DNA from: Thermoplasmatota archaeon
Lineage (GTDB): Archaea > Thermoplasmatota > Thermoplasmata > UBA10834
NCBI GenBank assembly: GCA_016930135.1
Contig: JAFGHM010000083.1
Coordinates: 1-63,907, forward strand
Length of the DNA stretch: 63,907 bases
Direction: 5' to 3'
Below are positions 28,992 to 39,577 of the stretch, one piece after another. The notes beneath the pieces were generated by a model. It did not search any database, was not told where the DNA came from, and saw nothing but the letters and a program-made list of their open reading frames with translations. How positions within the stretch are numbered: position 1 is the stretch's first letter; every line of letters starts with the position of its first letter. Both the position numbers and the translations under genes were made by a program.

Positions 28992-29061
28992 ATGAACACG
29001 TGTGAGCGAGCGATGGAACACCTGGGGCGGAGCCAGTGCTTGGACGAACGCCGGAGACCAA

Positions 29062-29220
29062 CTACATCTTGCTGAACTCTTCCTTTCCGACGCCGCACTC
29101 AGGACAGGTCCAATCGTCGGGGAGTTGCTCGAACGGTGTGCCCGGGGGGATGTTCTGGGTCGGGTCTCCTTTCTCGGGGTCGTATATGTATCCGCACACA
29201 TTACACTGGTACTTGTCCAT
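29062..29220 (-). CDS. Rubredoxin
   Basis: CNVCGYIYD...WTCPECG. Confidence 0.96.
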   Translation of the reverse strand: MDKYQCNVCGYIYDPEKGDPTQNIPPGTPFEQLPDDWTCPECGVGKEEFSKM

Positions 29221-29570
29221 AGCCTTCGCCGCACTCGTATCATGGTATGCGTACTTGACATTGTTGGGTTTCGTGATTCCTCTAAGCAGCCTCGCAGGAA
29301 GCGGGCCGATTCGCGCTTCTTTCCTCATGCGCCTCAGCGTTGATGTCGACGGCAACGGCTTTCGACCTCAGATGGCGAATTTCGAATATTTCGCTACGAC
29401 AAAAGGGCGGTGTTTGAAATTCGAGCGATGGAAATCGCCTGGTTTCTGTTCGAAGAGATACGCTTAAGTACATTCTTGATAGTCTAGGCGCCGGGGAACC
29501 CGGGGCGGAGATGCCTCGCAACGATGGATCTTCCGACTGGGTCGGGACGCAAGGGCAGTCAGGTGTTTCA

Positions 29571-29975
29571 ATGAAGGTGAGCAGCTTCAAGTGGTTGTTC
29601 GGCAGGAATTCTGAGTTCTGGCCGACCAACATGAATACGGGCATGTGGGCTTGGGTCGGCCACAGACTCACGGGGATACTATTGGTCGTGTACCTGTTCT
29701 TACATCTGTCGTTCCTGAGTCAGGCGTCGTTGAACCACGACAGCTTCGACCAGCTGATGGAGACGATGGCCCAGCCTCTTTTCGTGCTTCTCGACTTCCT
29801 GCTGGTCTGCGCGGTGATTTTCCACGCGATGAACGGCCTCAGGGTAGTCCTGTTCGACATGGGGATAGGGATCAGGAAGCAGAAGCTGGTCTTCTGGATA
29901 ATGATGGCGATCTCGGCCGTGCTCGTGCTCGTGGGTTTCTGGCTGATATCCGTGCTGATCTTCGGAGGTGCGTGA
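29571..29975 (+). CDS. sdhC: Succinate dehydrogenase cytochrome b subunit
   Basis: HRLTG, HAMNGLR; first gene of the sdh operon. Confidence 0.92.
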   Translation: MKVSSFKWLFGRNSEFWPTNMNTGMWAWVGHRLTGILLVVYLFLHLSFLSQASLNHDSFDQLMETMAQPLFVLLDFLLVCAVIFHAMNGLRVVLFDMGIGIRKQKLVFWIMMAISAVLVLVGFWLISVLIFGGA

Positions 29976-29976
29976 G

Positions 29977-30360
29977 ATGGCCGACAAGAGACTTGCGACA
30001 TCTAAGGTCGCGGGCACCTGGGCCTGGTTCTTCCAGAGGCTCTCGGCGGTCCTGCTGATAGTCCTCTTGGGGGTGCACATATGGATCACGCACTTCGCGG
30101 ACATCGACCCCGAAGTGCACATCACCGTGGCAGGGGTCGAGACAAGGCTTGACCAGCTTCTCTACATAGCCGTCGACTACGCGCTGCTGGCGGTGGTGCT
30201 CTTCCACGGCCTCAACGGGGCGAGAACCGTCATGCTCGATTTCGACATGTTCGCCAAGAGGCACAGGGCGGTCGATGCGGCCCTGTTCATTGTCGGCGTC
30301 GTGAGCTTGATCTGGGGCATAATCGTCTTGTTCCCGTTCATAGGCGTCAATGGAGGCTGA
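29977..30360 (+). CDS. sdhD: Succinate dehydrogenase membrane anchor
   Basis: QRLSA, HGLNG; operon position. Confidence 0.9.
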   Translation: MADKRLATSKVAGTWAWFFQRLSAVLLIVLLGVHIWITHFADIDPEVHITVAGVETRLDQLLYIAVDYALLAVVLFHGLNGARTVMLDFDMFAKRHRAVDAALFIVGVVSLIWGIIVLFPFIGVNGG

Positions 30361-32067
30361 TTGCGAATGTACTACCACAAGATACTGGTCATAGGAGGCG
30401 GCCTGGCCGGGCTCAGGGCGGCCATCGAGTCCGCCCCGAGGGTCGATACTGCCATCATATCGCAGGTCCACCCTGTGAGGTCTCACTCGGGCGCGGCCCA
30501 GGGAGGCATCAACGCCGCCCTGGCCAATAACCCGAAGGGCGCGGACGACAACCCGGAGAAGCACGGTTTCGACACGATAAAGGGCAGCGATTACCTGGCG
30601 GATCAGGAAGCGGCCGAGCTGATGACGAAGGAAGCTCCCGGCTGTATATATGAGACCGAGCACTGGGGATGCCCGTTCTCGAGGACGGATGCGGGGAAGA
30701 TCGCTCAGAGGCCTTTCGGAGGCGCGGGGTTCCCGCGGACATGCTTTGCCGCCGACAAGACCGGCATGTACCTGCTCCACACGCTCTGGGAGCGCTCGGT
30801 GAAGCTCGACGTACCGCTCTACGAGGACAGGGTCTTGGTCGACCTCGTGCTCGATGGTGACGCCTGCAGGGGGGTCATCTGTTGGAACCTCAAGACGGGA
30901 GAGCTGGAACCGTTCATGGCTGAAGCCGTCATATTCGCCTCAGGTGGGAGCGGACAGATCTACGCCCGCTCGACGAACGCGCTGATAAGCAGCGGCTCAG
31001 CGCTGGCTGCGGCCTACAGGCGGGGCGTCCCCCTGAAGGACATGGAGTTCATCCAATTCCACCCGACCTCCCTCTGGGGTACCAACATCCTGATGACGGA
31101 AGGTGCCAGAGGGGAGGGGGGCTACCTGATCAACAACAACGGCGAGAGGTTCATGACGAAGTATGCCCCGAAGGCGATGGAGCTCGCCCCCAGGGATATC
31201 GTTTCGAGGTCTATCCAGACGGAGATAAACGAGGGCAGGGGCATCAATGGCGGGCCGTACGTATACCTCGACCTCAGACACTTGGGGAGGGAGAAGATAC
31301 TCGAGCGGCTTCCGGGCATCAGGGACCTGGCAATCAACTTCGTCGGGGTCGACCCCATAGACAAGCCCGTCCCCATACAGCCGGGACAGCACTATACGAT
31401 GGGCGGGATAGACACCGACGTCAACGCAGCGACGAAGTTCAAGGGCCTCTATGCCGCGGGCGAGTGCGCCTGCGTCAGCGTGCACGGGGCCAACAGGCTT
31501 GGCGGCAACTCAATGCTCGAGACCGTTGTCTTCGGGAAGATATCGGGCCGTTCGGCCGCCGACTACGTGCTGTCCAAGAAGGACCAGAAGCAGGGCGAAT
31601 CCGCGGTCATGAACTGCCTGCGAGAGACCAAGGCTGCCATCGACAGGCTTCTCTCGCAGTCGGGGGACGAGAACCATGCGGACATCAGGGCCGAGATGAG
31701 ACAGACGATGTTCGAGAAGTGCGGCATATTCAGGGACAAGAAGGGGCTCGATGAGGGCCTGGCCAAGATCCGGGAGCTCAAGGAGCGCTACCAGAAGGTG
31801 ACAGTCCAGAACAAGGGCAAGACCTACAACCTGGACCTTATTCGCTGCTATGAACTCCAGGGCATGCTCGAGGTCGCCGAGGCGATGCTCGTCGGCGCGC
31901 TGAGAAGGGAGGAGAGCAGGGGAGCGCACTCAAGGCTCGACTTCAAGGAGAGGGACGACGTCAAGTTCCTGAAACACACGGTCGCCGTCTACACGCCTGA
32001 CGGCCCGCAGATCTCATACCGCGATGTCAAGCCCGGCAAGTACAAGCCCGAAGCAAGGAGGTATTGA
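30361..32067 (+). CDS. sdhA: Succinate dehydrogenase/fumarate reductase flavoprotein
   Basis: [10 protein letters not shown] covalent-FAD motif, [21 protein letters not shown]. Confidence 0.96.
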   Translation: MRMYYHKILVIGGGLAGLRAAIESAPRVDTAIISQVHPVRSHSGAAQGGINAALANNPKGADDNPEKHGFDTIKGSDYLADQEAAELMTKEAPGCIYETEHWGCPFSRTDAGKIAQRPFGGAGFPRTCFAADKTGMYLLHTLWERSVKLDVPLYEDRVLVDLVLDGDACRGVICWNLKTGELEPFMAEAVIFASGGSGQIYARSTNALISSGSALAAAYRRGVPLKDMEFIQFHPTSLWGTNILMTEGARGEGGYLINNNGERFMTKYAPKAMELAPRDIVSRSIQTEINEGRGINGGPYVYLDLRHLGREKILERLPGIRDLAINFVGVDPIDKPVPIQPGQHYTMGGIDTDVNAATKFKGLYAAGECACVSVHGANRLGGNSMLETVVFGKISGRSAADYVLSKKDQKQGESAVMNCLRETKAAIDRLLSQSGDENHADIRAEMRQTMFEKCGIFRDKKGLDEGLAKIRELKERYQKVTVQNKGKTYNLDLIRCYELQGMLEVAEAMLVGALRREESRGAHSRLDFKERDDVKFLKHTVAVYTPDGPQISYRDVKPGKYKPEARRY

Positions 32068-32068
32068 C

Positions 32069-32803
32069 ATGGCCGAGAATGAGATAACGCTCAAGATACA
32101 GCGGTTCGACCCAACCATGGATTCGGAGCCGTACTGGCAGTCATTCAAGGTCGGATTGAAGCCGAGCATGACTGTCCTGGACGCACTGTTCGAGGTACTG
32201 AACCATCAGGACGGGTCGCTGGCATTCAGATTCTGCTGCAGGGCGGGTGTGTGCGGATCATGCGCCATGGTTATCGCGGGAAAGGTCAGGCTCGCATGCG
32301 AGACCCAGATCGCGACCCTTCTGGACAAGGACGAGATCTGCTTGAGCCCCTTGCCTCACCAGAAGGTCGTGAAGGACCTCGCGGTCGACTACGACCTCTT
32401 CTTCGAAAGGCTGAAGCGCGTGAAGCCATATCTGGTCGGCAAGGAGCCGTATCCGGAAAAGGAGTACATCCAGCTGCCGAAGGAGCGCGTGCCGATAAAC
32501 GAGCCGATAGACTGCATCCTCTGTGGCTCATGCACGAGCGCGTGCACGATGGCTTGGACCAACAGGGATTACCTTGGCCCGGCGGCCCTGCTGAAGTCAT
32601 ACAGGTTCCTGGCGGACACGCGGGACACTCTGAAGCACGAGCGTCTCGATATCGTCGAGAGCGAGAGCGGGGTCTGGAGATGTCACACGCAGTTCAACTG
32701 CGTGGAGGTCTGCCCCAGGAAGCTCAACCCGACTGAGGCCATTCAGAGGCAGAAGATAGCCGCGTTCAAGAGGAAGCTCTTCGGCAGGAAGAGAAAGGGC
32801 TGA
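32069..32803 (+). CDS. sdhB: Succinate dehydrogenase/fumarate reductase Fe-S subunit
   Basis: CRAGVCGSC, CILCGSC, CHTQFNCVEVCP. Confidence 0.96.
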   Translation: MAENEITLKIQRFDPTMDSEPYWQSFKVGLKPSMTVLDALFEVLNHQDGSLAFRFCCRAGVCGSCAMVIAGKVRLACETQIATLLDKDEICLSPLPHQKVVKDLAVDYDLFFERLKRVKPYLVGKEPYPEKEYIQLPKERVPINEPIDCILCGSCTSACTMAWTNRDYLGPAALLKSYRFLADTRDTLKHERLDIVESESGVWRCHTQFNCVEVCPRKLNPTEAIQRQKIAAFKRKLFGRKRKG

Positions 32804-32804
32804 C

Positions 32805-33090
32805 AGCAATCTTCCTTGATCGATCCGATGAATTCGTCGTGTTCCTCTCCACCGGCGAGGGCGCCCATTACCAGTTTCTACGTGGTCGGGTTCCCGCCGA
32901 GATAACACGGCCTCTCAGCAGGTGATCCGGCGTGCCTCATTTCTTCTGCGGCCATCTCTTTGGACTTGCCGCTCACGACGAAGTGGTCGATGCCGGCCCA
33001 CTGCACGTGCTGTCACATGTGCTGGACCGAGATCTGGATCTACCTGGCAATCGCCTGGTTCAACAAGCCCTTCATCTTCTTTGATGCCAT
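32805..33090 (-). pseudogene. Degraded bacterioferritin/ferritin-like gene
   Basis: MASKKMKGLLNQAIAR*IQISVQHM*QHVQWAG...EEMRHA...ERPCYLGGNPTT*...EEHDEF; three in-frame stops and an apparent internal deletion. Confidence 0.75.
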
Positions 33091-33272
33091 CTCTTTCCCT
33101 CTTCTCATCGCAGGCCTCCGCGTCAACGGAGTGTCTGCTCCAAGGACACGTCTTCTTGGGCGTCTGAGGAATGCGATTGACCGTCACAGGCCTTCAGCCG
33201 AAGCGGTCGAAGGCGAGCCACCTCTGCAAAAGCTATTTAGGCATGCATCATTGATTCTCTCCAGGCATCCCC

Positions 33273-33653
33273 ATGAGCAAGGTCAGGATACGATTCCGAG
33301 ACGGTCCTGAGATCCTGGTGGTTCTCAGGCCTGACGAGACGCCTTCTATCCGGTCGCTCCTCTCGGTGCTACCGTTCTCATCCAGGGCACAGACGTGGGG
33401 GGACGAGGTGTACTTCGAGGCGCCGTTCCACGCTGATCTCGAGAAGGATGGCAGAGCGGCCATGGAAGTCGGAGAAGTCGCCTTCTGGCCTGACGGGGAT
33501 GCGGTTGCGGTCTTCTTCGGGCCCACACCTGCGAGCTCTGGTGCCTCGCCGCAGGCATACAGCCCATGCAACATCCTAGGGAGGGTCGAGGGCGACACGG
33601 GAGTGCTCAAGAAGGTCAAGCCAGGGACGCCGCTGGACGTCCTGGCCCCGTGA
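33273..33653 (+). CDS. Cyclophilin-like fold protein (DUF369-type)
   Basis: WGDEVYF, GEVAFWPDG, FFGPTP. Confidence 0.9.
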   Translation: MSKVRIRFRDGPEILVVLRPDETPSIRSLLSVLPFSSRAQTWGDEVYFEAPFHADLEKDGRAAMEVGEVAFWPDGDAVAVFFGPTPASSGASPQAYSPCNILGRVEGDTGVLKKVKPGTPLDVLAP

Positions 33654-33661
33654 TCTCCTCA

Positions 33662-34441
33662 CTACTGGCAGGTGTATCCGCCGTCGACCGAGAGCGCAGT
33701 CCCGATTATGAACCCAGCCTCCTCGGATGCGAGGAACAGCACCGCGTTCGCGACCTCTTCCGGCCTACCAAGCCTGCCTATCGGATGGTATTCGCACAGC
33801 TGTCTCCTGTACTCCTCGACTGGCAGCCGTCTGGCTTTTGCCTCCTGTCGGAACATCGGAGTGTCGATCTCTCCCGGGCAGACGCAGTTGACTCTGATGT
33901 TCCTGAGGGCGTAGTCGAGCGCAAGGCACTTCGTCATGAGCACAACGGCTCCCTTCGAGGTGTTGTACGCGATGGCGTTTCTGTCTCCGACCAGACCGCT
34001 GCATGAGGCGTTGTTGACGATGACCCCTTTCTTCTGCCTCAGCATTATCGGGATCACCTCCTTCGACATCAGGAAGACGCCCTTGACGTTGACTGCCATT
34101 ATCCTGTCGAAATCCTTCTCGGAGACCTCTTCGATGGTCCCCTCCACGAGTATGCCGGCGTTGTTGAACAGGATGTCGATTCGTCCTAGCCTGCGTTTCG
34201 CCTCAGCGACCATTCTCTTCACATCGGCGGACTTCGTAACATCGCCCGTGAGTAGGAGAGGCCGGTATCCCTTCTCTCTGAGCTCTTTCACGGTCTGCTC
34301 GCCGGTCCTCCTCGACATATCGATGACGGCCACTCTGGCTCCCTCTTCGAGAAACCTCTCGGCGGTCGCCTTGCCAATCCCGGAAGCGCCTCCGGTCACG
34401 ATCACGGCCTTGTTCTTGAACCTCTTCTGCTGCAATTCCAT
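33662..34441 (-). CDS. SDR family oxidoreductase
   Basis: TGGASGIG, NNAG, YNTSK; paralog of 26587..27345. Confidence 0.93.
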   Translation of the reverse strand: MELQQKRFKNKAVIVTGGASGIGKATAERFLEEGARVAVIDMSRRTGEQTVKELREKGYRPLLLTGDVTKSADVKRMVAEAKRRLGRIDILFNNAGILVEGTIEEVSEKDFDRIMAVNVKGVFLMSKEVIPIMLRQKKGVIVNNASCSGLVGDRNAIAYNTSKGAVVLMTKCLALDYALRNIRVNCVCPGEIDTPMFRQEAKARRLPVEEYRRQLCEYHPIGRLGRPEEVANAVLFLASEEAGFIIGTALSVDGGYTCQ

Positions 34442-34553
34442 CCAACCGCAGCCGGAATGTACGAACGTGTGATTAATGTTGTTGCGGTCCGTGCCAGTAA
34501 CTACAAATAAGCCCTGGGTGCTCCATGAGACAATCGTGCGCCTGGAGGTGGTT

Positions 34554-35135
34554 ATGATGGCCCTCAAGGTACTCGGCATACTCGGCAGTCCTCGTCTCGA
34601 CGGCAATACAGCGCAGCTCTTGGACGCTGTCCTCGATGGTGCCAGGGGCGCAGGCGCGGATGTGGATAGGCTCGAGCTTGCGAGGATGAGAATCGACCCG
34701 TGCAGGGAATGCAGGGAATGCGACTCCGGGTTAGGCTGCGTCCAGAGGACGGACGATATGTCGCGCATATACAAAGCGATCAGGGAGATGGACGCGATCG
34801 CAGTCGCCTCACCCATATTCTTCATGGGGGTCACCTCGCAGACGAAGGCCATGATAGACCGCTGCCAGTGTTTCTGGGTTGAGAAGTACATCAACAAGGT
34901 CAGGTTCTACGACGGCAAGAGGAGGCCGAAGGGGCTCTTTGTGTCGTGCGCAGGATCCGCAAAGCCGATAGTCTTCGAGCCGGCAAAACACGTCATCAAA
35001 GCATTCTTCGCCGCAATCGACTACGAGTACGTGGGAGAGATTCTCCTCCCGCACACTGACGAACCGGAACTCGCCTCTCGCAAGAACGAGGCCCTGGAGC
35101 AGGCCAAAATCGCCGGTGTGCGCCTGTGTGACTGA
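34554..35135 (+). CDS. Flavodoxin-fold iron-sulfur flavoprotein / NADPH-dependent FMN reductase
   Basis: GSPRLDGNT, CRECRECDSGLGC, SPIFF, KAMIDR. Confidence 0.9.
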   Translation: MMALKVLGILGSPRLDGNTAQLLDAVLDGARGAGADVDRLELARMRIDPCRECRECDSGLGCVQRTDDMSRIYKAIREMDAIAVASPIFFMGVTSQTKAMIDRCQCFWVEKYINKVRFYDGKRRPKGLFVSCAGSAKPIVFEPAKHVIKAFFAAIDYEYVGEILLPHTDEPELASRKNEALEQAKIAGVRLCD

Positions 35136-35155
35136 GCTGCCATTTGCATCCGGAT

Positions 35156-36316
35156 CTAGAGGAATCTCCCCCTAAGCATCACCCTGACGGTCCTGCCGTC
35201 ATGCTTCTCGACTTCTATGTTCGCTCCAGGCGCCGTGACGAAGTCCCAGTGCATGGTCGACTCCGAAGTGCCGCCGTAGCCGGCGTTCGAGCCGAAGGCA
35301 ACGTGCACTGTGCCAGCGACCTTCTCGTCCGTGAGTATGTACCCGATCGCTTTCGTGATCTTGGGGTTGAACCCGATGCCCAGTTCTGCCACGTTCCTTG
35401 TTCTCACTGGCTTGTACTGCGTCCTGTCGACCGCCTCGCACTGCTCGAAGCTCGAGACCAGATCCTTGTAGTTCTTGCCTGCCTTTGTCCTATCGAGCTG
35501 TATGACCCCGTCCTCGAACTCCAGCAGCACCTCCTTGATTATCTTGTCCGAGAGCCGGTCCCTGGTGATGGGACAGAACAGGGTGCCGCTGCCCTTCATC
35601 TCATGGGGCGCAAAGAAGAGCTCACCCGCGGGGAGGTTCGCTCCGCGGTCGTTGAGGTCGTAGTCCTCCTTGCTTATGATGCCGTCGTCTATGTTGCTGC
35701 GCCTACCCTTTATGTTGACCCTGAAGTCCGTCCCCTTGTCATCCCAGACATGAACCCACTCTGCACCCTTGAACTTCGAGTCGAGTTTCTTGCCAATCCT
35801 CATGAGCGTATCGGGTGAAACGGCAAGCCCTCCGATGACGATCTTCTCGAGTTCGGGATAGCTGATTCCGAAGCTCTTGGCCGCCTTCGGTGTCGGCCAC
35901 CCTGCATACAGCCACTTCTTGCCGTCCTTCTTGTCGTAGATGATGTCGTAGAGCGGCAGCATTGCTCTTTGGCGCGCCTTGAGCTTGTCCCTGGGAAAGC
36001 CTGCAACAATCGAGGGGTCGTCGTAGGGCTCGATGTTTATGAGCATGTCGGCGGCCTTGACCATTGCGACATAGTGCTTGGGCGTGATGCTGAGAGTCGA
36101 TGCTGGTATCTCCTTGTAGACCCTCTTCGCGTACCCGTCCGAGTCACTGATTATCGAGGGCGTGGTCCCCTTGCGATAGCATTCCAGGGCGATCTCCTCC
36201 AACAGCAATTGGGTGTGTGCCCCGCCCCTCACTATCACTGCGTCTCCCTTCTTGAGGTTGCAGGTCTTCACCATGCTCTTGGCACATGCGGCGATCATCT
36301 TCTCGGTCAGGGCCAT
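35156..36316 (-). CDS. Aminopeptidase, M29 family
   Basis: NLPAGE, AELGIG, DEKVAGTVHVAFG, HWD. Confidence 0.92.
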   Translation of the reverse strand: MALTEKMIAACAKSMVKTCNLKKGDAVIVRGGAHTQLLLEEIALECYRKGTTPSIISDSDGYAKRVYKEIPASTLSITPKHYVAMVKAADMLINIEPYDDPSIVAGFPRDKLKARQRAMLPLYDIIYDKKDGKKWLYAGWPTPKAAKSFGISYPELEKIVIGGLAVSPDTLMRIGKKLDSKFKGAEWVHVWDDKGTDFRVNIKGRRSNIDDGIISKEDYDLNDRGANLPAGELFFAPHEMKGSGTLFCPITRDRLSDKIIKEVLLEFEDGVIQLDRTKAGKNYKDLVSSFEQCEAVDRTQYKPVRTRNVAELGIGFNPKITKAIGYILTDEKVAGTVHVAFGSNAGYGGTSESTMHWDFVTAPGANIEVEKHDGRTVRVMLRGRFL

Positions 36317-36394
36317 CCTTCAAACCTTCCTTTTGCCTATTAAAACGCGTATCTGTATTTTAGGCTGCCGGTAATGGATGCAACCTTGTTCAGT

Positions 36395-36850
36395 TCAGAG
36401 CGCTTTGACGACGATGGCAGGCCTGCAACTCCTCATGTACTGGGGGCACTTCATGCAGTTGTCTAGCGTCGGGCCGCTTCCTTCGCTCTCGCCAGCTAGT
36501 CGGAAACCCAGCCTTTGGAAGAACCCGGGCGCCCTCGCGAGCGCCCACAACCTGTCTGCGCCCCTCAGACGCGCCTCGAGCTCGATCTCCGCTATCAGCC
36601 TCCCGCCCAGCCCACGTTTTCGCAGAGGCTCGGACACTGCAAGCCACTCGACTGAGAATGAACGATCGGTCTGCTTCAGCGCCGCGCATCCCACGAGGTC
36701 TTTCCCGGAGTAGAGTCCTAATGCGGCCACAATGCTCGCGAACGAACCATCTTCCAGACCGGATTCGAGCGCCAGTCTCCGGATTCCTTCGAAGTCCTGT
36801 GTGCGCCTGAGCTCCAGATTCAGGCCATTGCGCTGTTGCATGACGCTCAT
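36395..36850 (-). CDS. GNAT acetyltransferase
   Basis: LAVSEPLRKRGLG motif A; C-terminal Cys cluster. Confidence 0.88.
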   Translation of the reverse strand: MSVMQQRNGLNLELRRTQDFEGIRRLALESGLEDGSFASIVAALGLYSGKDLVGCAALKQTDRSFSVEWLAVSEPLRKRGLGGRLIAEIELEARLRGADRLWALARAPGFFQRLGFRLAGESEGSGPTLDNCMKCPQYMRSCRPAIVVKAL

Positions 36851-37122
36851 GCCGGTGAATGCGAGAATGACACTTAAGAGCTTCCCCGATGCACTTGAGT
36901 CATGTCCATCCGGCCACGGCCATGAAGCCTAGTAGACCCGCGCTCTTCGGACTTGCCGGTAGCCGGCTCGCTTCCGGGATGCCGGGTTGTTTCATATCCC
37001 GCTTGTCAAGCGCATGTGCCTTCGTCGCACCTTCTCTGAGGCAATCGATGTGGATGTGCACCTCACCCAGAAACTGAAATACGCGACTGCATATCTGCTG
37101 GACGGACAGAGGTGCAGGCTCA

Positions 37123-37974
37123 GTGCCGATAAGGAACCTCAGGATAGACGACATCGACTTCGTGCTCGACCTGGTCCTCAAGGAAGGGTGGTCGTACCAC
37201 AGGGTTGAGCTGGAGCGTATGCTCGACATGGATCCGGAGGGCAGCTTCATCTACGAGGAGACCGAGCCGCTCGGGTTCATCACAACCGTGACCTATCTGA
37301 GGACAGGCGTCATAGGTCATCTGATCGTCTCAGAGCATGCCAGAGGTAAGAGGATCGGCCAGACGCTGGTGGATCGGGCACTACAGTACACTTCGGAAAG
37401 AGGAACCGAGTCAGTGTTGCTCTACGCGACCGAGGAAGGAGCGGAGATGTACAGGAAGCTAGGCTTTCGCACGCTAGCGGAGGTCTTCTGCATCCGAGCC
37501 GAGAAGAGCGGACCGATGGTGCCGCAGGAGTACCCGGGCCTCTCGCCCGTGAAGGAAGGAGACCTCGGAAGAATAAGCCAAATGGACGCTGCCCTGTTCG
37601 GAGATGACAGGTCCGGGCTAATATCACGTCTTTGGCGCGACTATCCTGACCTCTGTTTCAAGATTGAGCGGTCTGGGGAGATACAGGGTTATTCATTCGG
37701 CAGGGCGACCTCGTCTGCAAACGACCTAGGGCCTTGGGTCTGCGTGAGCGGGCTGGAGAGCGATGAGAGAGCATTGTTCGATTCCGTTGTCTCGAGACTC
37801 GACGACCGAGGCGTCTTCATGGGCATCTTCGTGCAAAACGAGAATGCGCTGAGACAGGCCTCGAAGTTGAGGCCGATCCGCACCTGGCGCACTCACCTGA
37901 TGGCGAGGGGACATGCCAGGTACACAGGTCGGACTGAGCATGTCCTCGGCCTCGTTGGGTTCGAGCTCGGGTGA
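37123..37974 (+). CDS. Tandem GNAT acetyltransferase (YitH-like)
   Basis: LIVSEHARGKRIG, MYRKLGF, second GNAT-like domain. Confidence 0.88.
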   Translation: MPIRNLRIDDIDFVLDLVLKEGWSYHRVELERMLDMDPEGSFIYEETEPLGFITTVTYLRTGVIGHLIVSEHARGKRIGQTLVDRALQYTSERGTESVLLYATEEGAEMYRKLGFRTLAEVFCIRAEKSGPMVPQEYPGLSPVKEGDLGRISQMDAALFGDDRSGLISRLWRDYPDLCFKIERSGEIQGYSFGRATSSANDLGPWVCVSGLESDERALFDSVVSRLDDRGVFMGIFVQNENALRQASKLRPIRTWRTHLMARGHARYTGRTEHVLGLVGFELG

Positions 37975-37981
37975 TCTCTCA

Positions 37982-38431
37982 TCAGTAGGACTTCAACTCG
38001 CGCTTCGTGAAATAGAGTATGTCATCCTCGCGCGTGTAGCCGGCATCCTCGAAAAGTTCCATCGAGTCCTTGTTGTAGCTCTCGATAAGCACGCAGTGGA
38101 GCCGTCTGCCTCTTCGCCGCAGGATTCTTTCCGCCTCTGCGATCAGCCGTTTCGCTATTCCGTGCCCCCTGGCCTGGGGGACCACAGCCAGCCTGTTGAC
38201 CCAGCCCTTCCTTCCATCGTCGGAGACAATGACTGCGCCGACCATTTGCCCCGACTTGAACGCGCCGAGGAAGCACTCTGGGTTCTCTTTCAGCTGCTTT
38301 CTCAGGTTCTGCATGCTGTCCCTGCCCCTCGGCCTGTATGGAAGTCCGGCGCGCTCCCAGACGCTCCTCATCGCATGCAGTTCTGTGGCCTTGAGGGGTC
38401 TGATCCTCAATCCGGATGGACTTGGTCCCAC
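37982..38431 (-). CDS. GNAT acetyltransferase
   Basis: DGRKGWVNRLAVVPQARGHGIA. Confidence 0.9.
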   Translation of the reverse strand: MGPSPSGLRIRPLKATELHAMRSVWERAGLPYRPRGRDSMQNLRKQLKENPECFLGAFKSGQMVGAVIVSDDGRKGWVNRLAVVPQARGHGIAKRLIAEAERILRRRGRRLHCVLIESYNKDSMELFEDAGYTREDDILYFTKRELKSY

Positions 38432-38642
38432 TGCGCATCACAGGTCCTAGCATCGGTCGTAATGCGTAGTTGGGGAATGAATCATTCGGTCCGACTGCAC
38501 CCAGAAGAGGTGATGATCATCTGGGTGTTACGATGGGGCGACGCCTGACGGTTGCGATGTCCTCCCGTGATGGGCACGCAGATCCTCGCATCAAGGGCAG
38601 CGTCCTCTCCCCCTGCAGGCTTGAGCCGGGCCACCAGGACGC

Positions 38643-39476
38643 TCACAGGGGCCCTTCGCTTCTGGCGTAAGAGGCCAATTGGTTCATCACGAGGAAGACC
38701 TGGAATGCGTCCACAACATCCGAGGCCCTGTAGCTTACCGTCTTCGCGTCCTTCCTTTTGACAGTGGGTATCCTGGAGCAGTATTGGGCCATCAGGGGTC
38801 TCTCAAGCTCGACCTCCATAGTGACGGGCCTCTTGACCACGAAGGGCTCGATGTCGCCCGCTCTTCCGATTGCCTCCTTCGCCCCCTTCCTTATGAGTCT
38901 CCTAGCCATCTCGGGCGTGAGAGTTCTCACGGCGTAAAGGCCCACGCCCTCCTTGGTCGGCACCCCCACCAAGTTCTTTACTAGGCTCTTGGCCTGCCTG
39001 ACCGCATGCGCGTCGCCCGAAACAAGCACCAGTGGCACACCGAAGTGGCCCGCAATGGCCGCACTGAGTCCCGATTCGCCGATCACCTTTCCATTGAACC
39101 TCAGCTCTGACACGTCGTAGGTGTACGTGTGCCCTAGCACGCCCGCGTGCGTGTGGCGCATGGAATGATATCCAATCTGCATGGAGGCGTCGAAGTCCCT
39201 CGAGATGCCGCTCATCATGCCGAGGTCGTACGCGGACCCCTGTATGACCTCGACATCGGGGTCAAGCTTCTCCACGAGCAGGTTCCTGCCAGTGTCGTGG
39301 GCGTCGCAGACGAGTATCTCCTCGGCTCCTGCCTCTTTCGCGCCCTCAATCGCCGCCTGGACCTCCCCCGTCATGATCTCCCTCATGCGGGGATAGTCGC
39401 TCTTTTTGTAGTCCCCCTGCTCATCGTGACATAGAACGGCTATGCCCTCCATATCCGCCGTTATGTAGACCTTCAT
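38643..39476 (-). CDS. D-aminopeptidase, M55 family (DppA-like)
   Basis: ADMEG, DAH, GYH, HT, GE, SGD motifs. Confidence 0.93.
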   Translation of the reverse strand: MKVYITADMEGIAVLCHDEQGDYKKSDYPRMREIMTGEVQAAIEGAKEAGAEEILVCDAHDTGRNLLVEKLDPDVEVIQGSAYDLGMMSGISRDFDASMQIGYHSMRHTHAGVLGHTYTYDVSELRFNGKVIGESGLSAAIAGHFGVPLVLVSGDAHAVRQAKSLVKNLVGVPTKEGVGLYAVRTLTPEMARRLIRKGAKEAIGRAGDIEPFVVKRPVTMEVELERPLMAQYCSRIPTVKRKDAKTVSYRASDVVDAFQVFLVMNQLASYARSEGPL

Positions 39477-39577
39477 GCTTACCGCATTCAGTATCAGCTT
39501 CGCGAAGATATAGCTTGCCTTCTGATGCATGCGATACGAAGATTTTTTACTGCCCTAGCCACTACTCTGGACGTGGA

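Noticed and set aside
29424..29445. GCGATGGAAATCGC resembling a fluoride riboswitch start
   Set aside because: Downstream conserved pseudoknot elements absent and no fluoride-related gene follows
32878..33042. In-frame TAG/TGA in the ferritin-like frame as pyrrolysine/selenocysteine recoding
   Set aside because: Mixed stop types, eroded motifs and a large apparent deletion fit decay; other genes here use TAG and TGA as normal stops
38497..38550. Possible box C/D sRNA (GTGATGA ... CTGA) within an 8-bp hairpin
   Set aside because: Spacing too short, no D'/C' boxes; more likely a chance or mRNA hairpin
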